From the NCBI GenBank assembly GCA_033762295.1, contig JANRLW010000048.1, forward strand, positions 1 through 39,034: a DNA stretch of 39,034 bases, given 5' to 3'. This stretch comes from Capsulimonadales bacterium. GTDB lineage: Bacteria; Armatimonadota; Armatimonadia; Armatimonadales; Armatimonadaceae. Position numbers and translations under genes: made by a program. Positions 26,938 to 36,100 of this stretch are shown here, piece after piece (the first letter of the stretch is position 1; each line of letters begins with the position of its first letter). The notes beneath the pieces were generated by a model. It ran no database searches. It was not told the DNA's origin and was given only the letters and a program-made list of their open reading frames with translations.

Positions 26938-27585
26938 TTACCTGGCGGTCCGACGGCGCAGTGCGATTCCCACACCTCCGAGCAGCAGTCCGAGCACCGC
27001 CGGAAGAGCGGATTCCGCACCGGTATTCGGGAGATACCCGTCGTTGCCGTAACCCGAGTTGGCCCCGCCGCTACCGTAGCTGTCGGATGTTTCGTATCCG
27101 TTATTCATATTACGGTTCCGGTTCATATTCCGGTTCCGGTTCATGGTGGAGTCATCCTGCATCCCGGCATCCGGCGTCTGTCCGGTATTGGGATCGGTCG
27201 TCGTGCCGGTCGCGTCGTCCTGTCGCAGGGTCGGATCGTTGGTGGTCGGATCCGTCGGGCTGACGGGGGTCGTCTGATCCGGAGTTACCGGAGTCGTCTG
27301 GTCCGGGGTCACCGGAGTCGTCTGATCCGGAGTCACCGGCGTGGTCGGGTTCTGATTGTTCGGGATGTTCGGATCGGTCGGGGTCGTCTGATCCGGGGTC
27401 ACCGGAGTCGTCTGACCGGGAACGGTCGGGGTCGTCTGATCCGGAATAGCCGGCGTGGTCTGACCGGGGGTGGTCGGGGTCGTCTGATCCGGTATCGTTC
27501 CCGCATCCTGAGCATGCCCCGCTCCGCCGATCAGGGTTGTTATCATCAGCGCCGTTGCGCCGACGACGGTACACGTTCTCACCAT
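26938..27585 (-). CDS. LPXTG-anchored Pro/Thr/Asp/Gln-rich repeat protein
   Basis: Signal peptide, repeated PDQTTP(V/T)T units, and C-terminal LPNTG followed by a hydrophobic helix and RRRTAR; AGAGGAG RBS. Confidence 0.9.
   Translation of the reverse strand: MVRTCTVVGATALMITTLIGGAGHAQDAGTIPDQTTPTTPGQTTPAIPDQTTPTVPGQTTPVTPDQTTPTDPNIPNNQNPTTPVTPDQTTPVTPDQTTPVTPDQTTPVSPTDPTTNDPTLRQDDATGTTTDPNTGQTPDAGMQDDSTMNRNRNMNRNRNMNNGYETSDSYGSGGANSGYGNDGYLPNTGAESALPAVLGLLLGGVGIALRRRTAR
27265..27495 (-). repeat. Degenerate 24-bp tandem repeats encoding P(D/G)QTTPxx
   Basis: Recurrent GTCGTCTGATCCGG core on the + strand; about 8 units in two blocks. Confidence 0.85.
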
Positions 27586-27753
27586 AGTTCGCTCCTCTTG
27601 ATTTCACTGTCCGCACGGATTTGCGGACGACCGCATCGCGGCGTCAGCCACGTGATTGACAATACATTTGTATGTGTTTTTTGGTTCACTAATTTCCACA
27701 TCTTAAACGGTTACCACCTGATAAAGTTAACTGAAATCCACTATTCAATCGTT

Positions 27754-27770
27754 TTGGCATGGCTATTGCT
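27754..27770 (+). promoter_or_regulatory. sigma54 (-24/-12) promoter
   Basis: TTGGCATGGCTATTGCT matches YTGGCACGRNNNTTGCW with correct GG-N10-GC spacing and follows a ~100-bp AT-rich tract. Confidence 0.7.
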
Positions 27771-27780
27771 TTCCTGAGAG

Positions 27781-28095
27781 GGCAACAGGGAACCTCTTCC
27801 CGAAGGTTTTTGTCGGAGAGGGGCGATCACAGGAATCATGCGAATGGCGGAGGCGGGCGTTCCCGCGGAACGCATTCGGCGGAGGTCCGTTCGGAAGGAC
27901 CGGGGCTAACGAGAGAAAAGGAGATTTGGCATCCGAAAACGAGGGGAGTCACACGACCGGGGAGAGCCGCCACAGGACGGGGCGTCTCCCTGCGAACCTC
28001 GGATAGGGCGGATATGAACGACGGAAAGACATGCGCGCCATCGTAAGAATCGGAATAACGAGTTCACACGGTATCCTCCCGTCGGCGGGACCGGG
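27781..28095 (+). ncRNA. Candidate GGA-rich small RNA (CsrB/Rsm-like)
   Basis: Lies downstream of the sigma54 motif with no credible + strand CDS. Hand count gives 16 GGA versus 5 TCC in 27785-28055, plus several short hairpins. Confidence 0.4.
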
Positions 28096-28106
28096 GACCC
28101 TCTTCT

Positions 28107-28493
28107 CTACCAGAAGTGCTCCTCGGTCCAGTAGACGAGATCCTGTTCGGGGCAGACTCCGACAAAAAACCGGGTCGGGTAATGTCCGTTATAGACCCGG
28201 AGCAGAACCAGGGAATTCCCGGTCGTCGTCTCCGCTAGCGGACGGAGCGTGTCGGGCAACGAGACGATCATTTCGTCGATCCTGATCCGGCTTTTTTCCG
28301 GGTTTCTGACCAGATGGAGCCAGTCCATTTCAGCAGCCCCGGCGAACAGGGCGTCCTTTCGAATCGCTTCCTTCAATCGATTCGGCAGTTCTCGCCAGGT
28401 AACCGTCGTCCGGGTGACGCCCGGTCTTTCGTCCTGTTCCGATCTGCCATCCGGTCGGTACCCGGCGTTCCTTCCCCGATCGATGATCAACAT
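28107..28493 (-). CDS. Hypothetical protein (128 aa)
   Basis: AAGGGAG RBS, non-overlapping position and globular-looking C-terminal half. Confidence 0.6.
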   Translation of the reverse strand: MLIIDRGRNAGYRPDGRSEQDERPGVTRTTVTWRELPNRLKEAIRKDALFAGAAEMDWLHLVRNPEKSRIRIDEMIVSLPDTLRPLAETTTGNSLVLLRVYNGHYPTRFFVGVCPEQDLVYWTEEHFW

Positions 28494-28660
28494 GGCGGCC
28501 TATCTCCCTTCCGTATTTCGTCTGGCGTTCATTCATCCGGATTATAAGATTCAGCCGTTAAGCCTCCATTAAACCCGGCGTCGGATTTCGACATTCGGGG
28601 AGATTGCCGGAGAAACCGGTGGATATGCGGTGAGGAATTTCGGGCGAGGAAGAAAGCGCT

Positions 28661-29221
28661 ATGCATTACAAAGCAATTATCAGTATCGAAAAGATCAGTT
28701 GCGAACGAGTCAGCCAGATGGCGTTGTATGAGACGGTGCCGGCCTTTCGAGAAGCGGAGCGTATTCGACGCGAGGGACTGCCGCCGGAATCCCTGAGCGG
28801 TCTGATTCCTCAGGACAGCCTGCTTTTGATCGTCAACGGCGCGGCGCGGTTCGCCTTCACCGACCTCGGCGTCTTTATGCCGCTCGATTACCGCTTCGTC
28901 AACCGTATCGTTCATCATGGCGACGCGGACGCCTACCCGGTTCTGGACATGACGGTGGTGCGTATGGGGATGACGGACTTGAGTCGAACCGTGATCGGTC
29001 AAATGACCTTCCGACACGACGGCGCAGGGAACATCGAATGGGAATGCGGTGCGGATACCGCGACCTCGGGAATGCCGATCCGTCCCGGTCTGTACGCCTT
29101 TGATCTGCGCGGCGCGGGGGCTCGATACACGGTCTACCTGCGTGGTGCGATTTTGGACTGCCGTTTTGAGGAGTTTTCCGACCGTCCGTCGCCGAAGGCC
29201 GCAGAGGATTTTTCGCTCTGA
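28661..29221 (+). CDS. Hypothetical protein (186 aa)
   Basis: GAGGA RBS, protein-like composition, divergent from the 28493 gene. Confidence 0.6.
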   Translation: MHYKAIISIEKISCERVSQMALYETVPAFREAERIRREGLPPESLSGLIPQDSLLLIVNGAARFAFTDLGVFMPLDYRFVNRIVHHGDADAYPVLDMTVVRMGMTDLSRTVIGQMTFRHDGAGNIEWECGADTATSGMPIRPGLYAFDLRGAGARYTVYLRGAILDCRFEEFSDRPSPKAAEDFSL

Positions 29222-29254
29222 AACGGTTCGAACGAGCGACCGTCGATCGGTCCT

Positions 29255-29920
29255 TCAGGCAGGAGCCGGTTCCGGCTCGGATTCGACCCTGGGATCGGGA
29301 ATGACTTCCCGACTTTCCCGAAGCGCCTGTGCGAGAACGACCAGATCATCGGGAATACACCGGATGAAATCCGTCAGAGCCAGGCGGCGCAGACGATCGG
29401 TAAGAATCTCATCGTCCTCCGGGCCGCCGGTGATGTGCCGGGCTTCCGCGTTTACCTCCTCGAGGTCGGCGTCCGAGCAGCCCAGAAACGCGCGTAGTCT
29501 CGCCTGATCCGGGGGCGTCATCGCGCGGACGATGAGAAACTTGGCGACATTGCTGCAATTCCAATGAAAGAAATCGTACTTGATGTTTTTCAGACGGTGC
29601 CATCCCCGAAGGATCCGCTCCTCATCCAAACCGAACATCTCCTCCGTACGGTCCGGAGGCCGCTGCATATATCCGTCGGTCGGATCGGATTCCTGCGCCA
29701 GACTGACCGGGTGACGTTCCAGCCGATGCTTGAACAGGTTGGTCACCTGCCCGACGGCGGAATCCATTTCCGGCCAGAAACTGACGTAACCGATCGGTTC
29801 GTCATCCCGGACCACTTCCAGAGAGGCATGCCCCAGGTCGGGCATGATCCCCTGCTCCACGATTGTCAGAACGCTGGTCGGTTTCCAGACATTAAGAGTT
29901 ACCACATATGTATTACGCAT
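29255..29920 (-). CDS. Hypothetical protein, possible permuted papain-like (NlpC/P60, PPPDE/LRAT-type) cysteine hydrolase
   Basis: GHASL...YVSFWP early in the chain and YDFFHWNCS later give the His-before-Cys order. Confidence 0.55.
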   Translation of the reverse strand: MRNTYVVTLNVWKPTSVLTIVEQGIMPDLGHASLEVVRDDEPIGYVSFWPEMDSAVGQVTNLFKHRLERHPVSLAQESDPTDGYMQRPPDRTEEMFGLDEERILRGWHRLKNIKYDFFHWNCSNVAKFLIVRAMTPPDQARLRAFLGCSDADLEEVNAEARHITGGPEDDEILTDRLRRLALTDFIRCIPDDLVVLAQALRESREVIPDPRVESEPEPAPA

Positions 29921-30126
29921 CTCTTCAGGTATCTGTTCTTTTTCTCCGCCTGGCTCCCCCGTTTTACGTCACTAACAGGGGTACAATATTCAATACGAAT
30001 CGCCGTTTCCCATAACGTACGGGCAGCAAAAGACCAATACATTAAGTACAGGGAAAGTGCCGGTTTGCGAAGCCTCGCCCTCGCGGATTTTCCGCCGCAA
30101 CGGATTTCGTCGGTTCGACGGAAGAG

Positions 30127-33100
30127 ATGACACGTTCGGAAAAAAGGCAAAGCGTAATGACCAACGTGATCTCCGCAACAGGAGACACCGGAATCCACGG
30201 TTCCGTTGCTTCGGAGCCTGGTGAAACCCTTCCGAACACCGATCGGTTCCCCTCCCATGAGAGGAAAGGACCGGCCGGGTCGCTTTCGTCCGCCTCCCGT
30301 TCGAAGGGGTCCTCGTCGACGCAGGACTCTCTGCCCTTTACCTGGGAACAGGCTTTCGCCGCCACTGGCGACGGACTTCTGGTAATCGATCGTCACCGCC
30401 GGATACTTTATGGCAATCGTGTCGCGGAAGCCCTTTACGATCGTCCATCGGGCGGCCTGCACGGCCTGACATTCGATGATCTGTACCCTCCCTCGTTGAT
30501 GGGAACGGACCCGAACCCGCTCGACCTGCTTCTGGAGGCGCTCCGCCGCGACAACGGCCCGATCATCGAGGAGTTCCGTTGTCCGTTCAACCGGCGCTGG
30601 TACGAGACGCGAGTGCACCCCGTGCCCTTGCCGGGCGACAGCGGCGGACTGATCGTTATTCGGGATATCGATGCGCTTCGCTCGGCCCAGGATCGGTTCG
30701 AGCGTACCGTGACCGCGACCCGGGACGGCATCGCCGAGATCGACCATCTGCGTGACCGGGCCTACTTCTCCTCCCGGTGGCGCGAAATGACCGACTCGCA
30801 CGATCTTCCGGCTGAGGCGAACGAAGCGGAGCGGATCGCCTACTGGTGGCAACGCATCCATCCGGAGGATTTGCCACGGGTTCAAGCGCATCACGAGTGC
30901 TGGCGCTTCGGCAACGAGCCGTTCGACAGCATTACGTTCCGACTCCGCTTCCTCGACGACGACGGTTGCCCGTTCTACCGCTGGTTTATCGAGCGTGGGT
31001 ACGTTGAACGCGATGAGGAGGGTCAGCCGGTTCGCACCACCGGCGTCCTGACCGATATCACGCTTCAAAAAGAGACGGAATCGCTTCTGTCTTTTGAAAA
31101 AGCGCGATTCGAACGCGCGATGGACGCCGCCGACGAGGGGCTCTGGGAGTCCGACTTCACCATACCGACCGAGGATGGCGAAGGCGTCACCTACCGCTCT
31201 CCGGCCTGGAAAACGCTGCTGGGCGTGAACGACGGACCGCCTCCGCCCGACGACCCCTACTACCGCAAAGCGTTCGTGGAAAAACTTCATCCGGAGGACC
31301 GCCCCGGCTTCGCCCGGCTTCGCCATGACTGCATCTTCGGCGGCAAGCCCTTCCCCCGTATCGAATTCCGCCTCCTCCAGCCGGACGGCGCCTACCGCTG
31401 GTTCGTCATTCGCGGCAAAACGCACCGGGCGGCGGACGGCGAGTTGTTGCGTATCACCGGGGTTCTGGCCGACATTCACGACCGTAAGCAGGCGGAACTG
31501 GATCTGAAGGCCGCGCATGCGCGGTTCGAACGCGCCGTCGCGGCAACCCATGACGGCATCTGGGAACACGATTTCGTCCGTGGAGTCCACTACCGCTCCC
31601 CCCGTTGGAAGGAGATGGCGGATATCCCCGACGATATCCCCGACGACTTTCCTTCTCTCGAAACGGAGGAATGGCGGACCTTCTGGCAGCCACGGATTCA
31701 TCCCGAGGACTGGGAACAGGTGGAAACGCATCGGCGCGACCATATCGATCCGCACTCCTGGGTCGAACCGACGGAGTTTCGCCTGCGCCATCGTTCGGGG
31801 GAGTTTCGCTGGGTCCGGGAACGGTTCCGGGTCGAGCGGGACGAACAGGGTCATGTGCTGCGTCTGGTCGGTGTCATCGCCGATATTCACGACCGAAAGA
31901 CGGCCGAACTGGAACTGGCCTCGCGGGAACGCTTCCTGACCCAGGTCGCGCGCGCACTGCCGAACATCCTTTATGTCTATGATCGACGCAATCACTCCTC
32001 GGTCTACGTCAACGAACGGCTGGCCGATATCCTGGGCTACTCCGAGGAGGATCTGCGCACCACCACAGGCGGCATTCCGGAACTGATCCATCCCGACGAT
32101 CTGGAATCCTTCCACGAGCAGTCCGCCCGGATCGACGCTCTGGCGGACAACGAGTTCGCGATCCTCGAGTTCCGGGTCCGCCATAAGTACGGCGAATACC
32201 GATGGATACGCAACCGGATCGTTCCCTTCGGACGCGACGAAAACGGCGTCATCGTTCGGACGGTAGGCGTCGCCGAGGACATTACGGAGTTCAAGCGACA
32301 GGAATCGGTATCACGGGAAGCGACCGCGCGGTTCGAACGGGCGATCGAAGCCTCGCGTGACGCCGTCTGGGAGATGCATATCCGCTCCGTGACCGAACCG
32401 TCCCGGAACACCCTCTATCGATCGCCGCAGTTCTGGAAACTCTTCGGATTCGATTCGGTGCCCGAGGACAACATCGACCCGGTGACCGGCCGCTGGCCCG
32501 AGTTCGACGGCGACGATGTCTGGCAATCGCGCATCCATCCGGACGATTACGAACGGCTTCGAGCGTACCGCAACGGGGTATTCGACAGCGTCATCGGCAC
32601 GACCGAAACCGAGTATCGCATCCTTCGCAATGACGGCCAGTACCGCTGGATCAGTTCGCGTTCCCGTGTCGAGCGTGCCGCCGACGGCACCCCGTTCTAC
32701 CTGACCGGCGTCATCACCGATATTCACGACCGCAAGGAAGCCGAACAGCGGATTCGTCAGTCGGAAGCGCGTTATCGGACGCTGGTGGATTCCGTGCACC
32801 AGGGTGTCTGGCGAGCGGCCCCGGACGGACGCATCCTGTACTGCAACGACACGCTTTACGCCATGGTCCGTGGAGACGCCGACGATATCGGCGATAACGA
32901 GACCGCCATTCGCGCCTGGTCCGATCTGGTTCACCCGGAAGACCGTCCGGCGCTGGAAGACCGCTGGCGAACCTGCCGGGAGAGCGGAGCCATCTTCGAA
33001 GGGGAGTTCCGGCTGGCCACCGGCAGAGCGGACTGCTCCTATCGACGATGTTCGGTCCGGGCGGTGCCGGTGCGGGATGACCGGTCGGCGATCCGAGAGT

Positions 33101-36100
33101 GGATCGGCGTCGTTCAGGACATCACCGAGCGAGTGGAGGCGGCGGAGGCGCTGGCCCGAAGCGAGGCCCGCTACCGCCTGATCACCGAAGCCAGTGTGGA
33201 CGGTATCTTCCGCGTCTCTCCCGAAGGCAACCTGCTCGATGCCTCCTCCCACCTTCTTCGCGCCCTCGGACTTCAGGAAATGCCGGAAGGCGGCTTTACG
33301 AGAAGTGCCCTGAGGGCTTTCCTCCACCCGGAGGAGATCGAAGATATTGCTCGGGAGTGGCGACAGGCGACGAAAGCGGGCACCCGTCTCGAACTGCAGA
33401 TTCGGATCGGGGGGGAACGCACCGGGTACCGCCGCTGGCAGGTCCGTGCCGTCCCGCTTCGGAACGATCGGCGGGAGATCGCGGAATGGGTCGGCGCCGT
33501 TTCCGACATCACCGAACGGTTTGAGGCGGAAGCCCGCCTGCGAGAGTCCGAAACCCGCCTGAAGGAGGCGCAACGGATCACCCAATCCGGCCATTTCCGG
33601 CAGGAACTTTCGCTGATCTCCCCGGGCACGGACCCGGGGACCGCTCCCCTTCACGACTTCTGGTCGGACGAAATGTATCGTATTTTTGAGCGCGATCCGG
33701 CCGCCGGGCCTCCGTCCCGCAATGAACTCGATCGCTACTTCGCGTCGGAAGATCGTCTGCGAATGGAACAGGCTCAGGAGCGCGTCCGGCGCAACGGCAT
33801 GCGACACATGGCCGAGTTGCCGATCCGGACCGAGCGCGGCATCCGAAAATGGCTCCAGATCTATCACCGCGCCGATCGCGACGAGGAGGGAAAGGTCATT
33901 GCCCTGTACGGCGCGGTGGTCGATATCACGGCGTTCAAGGCGATGGAGGAAAGCCTCCGGCAGGCGCAACAGCTCGCACGGCGAATCGCTCTGGCGATCC
34001 CGGACCTCCTTTATGTATATGACCTCGAAGGCGGTCAGACCCGGTATGCGAATCGAAGCATCGCGCAGTTGCTGGGATTCGGCCCGGAGGATCCGGAACT
34101 GCTGGTCTATCCGGACGCCTGGATCGGTGTCGGCGATCATGTAAGCGCGTTTCTCTCCTCGCGGCTTCATCCGGCGGACTCCGCCGTGCACCTGGCGATG
34201 CGGCAACGCCTGAGCCATTTGGCGGACGGAGAGGTGATCGAGGTCATCGTTCGCATGCGGCACAAGGACGGCACCTGGCGAACGCTCTTCTGTCGGGAGA
34301 TGGTCTTCACACGCCATGAGATCACCGGGGAACCGCGCGAAATTCTGGGTGTCGCCCAGGACATCACGGAAAAGGTCGAGGCGGAGGAACAACGCCGCGA
34401 AAGCGAAGAGAAGTACCGCAACCTGGTCGATCTCCTGTCCGACTGGGTCTGGGAGTCCGATGCCGACGGCAGATATCGTTACGTCTCCGGGCAGGTAACC
34501 CGTCGGCTCGGCTTCCGCCCGGAGGAGATGCTCGGGGTTCCGATCGCCGACTTTGCCCCGCCGTCGGCGCGGGAGATTGTCCAGCTGACTCTGGGGGGAT
34601 TCGCGCAGCGCAAACAGCCTTTCACCCGGGTTCCCCTGGAAGTGATTGATATTGTCGGAGAAACCGTCTACCTGGAGATCTCCGGAGTGCCGATTCTCGG
34701 CGCGGACGGTTCCTTCCAGGGGTACCGCGGGGTGGCCTATGATGTCACCCAGCGCAAGCAGGGGGAGGACCTTCTGCGCAACAGCGAGGAACGGACCCGC
34801 CGGATCATCGAGAGCAGTCCGGACTGCATGCAGATCCTGGATATGAACGGCTACTTGCTGTCGGTGAACGAAACGGGACGCCGCCTGCTGGCGATTACGG
34901 ATGTCGAGGGAGTCCGGGGGGCGTACTGGCCCTCCTTCTGGGATGGCGAATGGCGTCAGGTCGCCGAGGATGCCGTCCGCCGTGCCGCCATCGGCGAGAC
35001 CCGGCGATTCCTCGGCTTTACCCGTTCGCTGAACGGCGACGGCCGCTGGTGGGACGTCGTCGTGACCGCACTTCCGGACGCCGAGGGGCGGAGCGAACAG
35101 CTTCTGGTCGTCTCGCGCGATATCTCGGCCCAGAAGACGCTGGAACAGCAGAAGGACCAGTTGCTGGCGGACGCGATGCAGCGAGCGGAACGCGATCCGT
35201 TGACCGGGCTGTTCGATCATCAGGCGTTCCATAAACGGCTTCAGGAGGAGGGGAAACGCTCGGAGCGTGACGGTTCGCCCTTCGCGGTCGCGGTCCTCGA
35301 TGTCGATAACTTCAAATACTTCAATGATGCGTTCGGACATCTGGAAGGCGATGCGGTCCTGCTGCACATCACCAACGCCCTGCGTTCGACCTGCCGCCCG
35401 ACGGATACCATCGGACGACTCGGGGGCGATGAGTTCGCGGTCATTCTCGCCGGCGTGACCAAGCAGGATGCGGTCCGACTGCTGGAATCTCGCCTGCGGG
35501 ATAACGCCTTCGCCTCCCGCTGGCAGCCGCGCGGGTATGATGCGCCCATTCCGCTGGGCATCTCGTTCGGCGTCGCCGTCTATCCGGACGAAGCCACCAC
35601 CCCGCTGGCCGCCCTCTCGCTGGCCGACGAACGGCTGTACCGCAACAAGAAAGAAGGTCAGGCGGGGCTTTTGCCGCACCTGCGCGCCGAGCTGGCGGAG
35701 ACCATGGTCGGCTTTCCGATGCTGGACTCCCTGGTCACCGCCGTGGACAGCAAGGATCGGTATACCCGGAAGCATAGCGAGGACGTTCTGATCTATGCGG
35801 TCATGATCGGCCAGGTCCTGAACCTTTCCGAGGAGGATCTGGGCCTGCTCAGTCCGGCGGCCCTGCTGCACGATGTCGGCAAGATCGGTGTCTCTCAGCG
35901 GATTCTCCGCTTGCCGACCTCGCTGACCGCCGAGGAGTACGAGGCGATCAAACAGCATGCCCCGCTCGGCGCGGCGCTGGTGGAGGTGCTTCTCACCCAT
36001 CCGTCCCATCGGCTGCCGGAATCGACGGAACCGGACGTCGAAACCATTCTCGAATCGATATCGGATCGTCCGATTCCTCAACTTCCGCTCCTGGAGCTCC

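Noticed and set aside
27265..27495. Repeats as a possible CRISPR array
   Set aside because: They are in-frame 24-bp coding repeats without unique spacers, and there are no cas genes.
27759..28285. + strand ORFs (95 aa, 84 aa) and 23-26 aa micro-ORFs as the sigma54 target
   Set aside because: The 95-aa ORF starts inside the promoter, the 84-aa ORF overlaps the opposite gene, and the micro-ORFs have poor RBS spacing or composition. They are not fully excluded.
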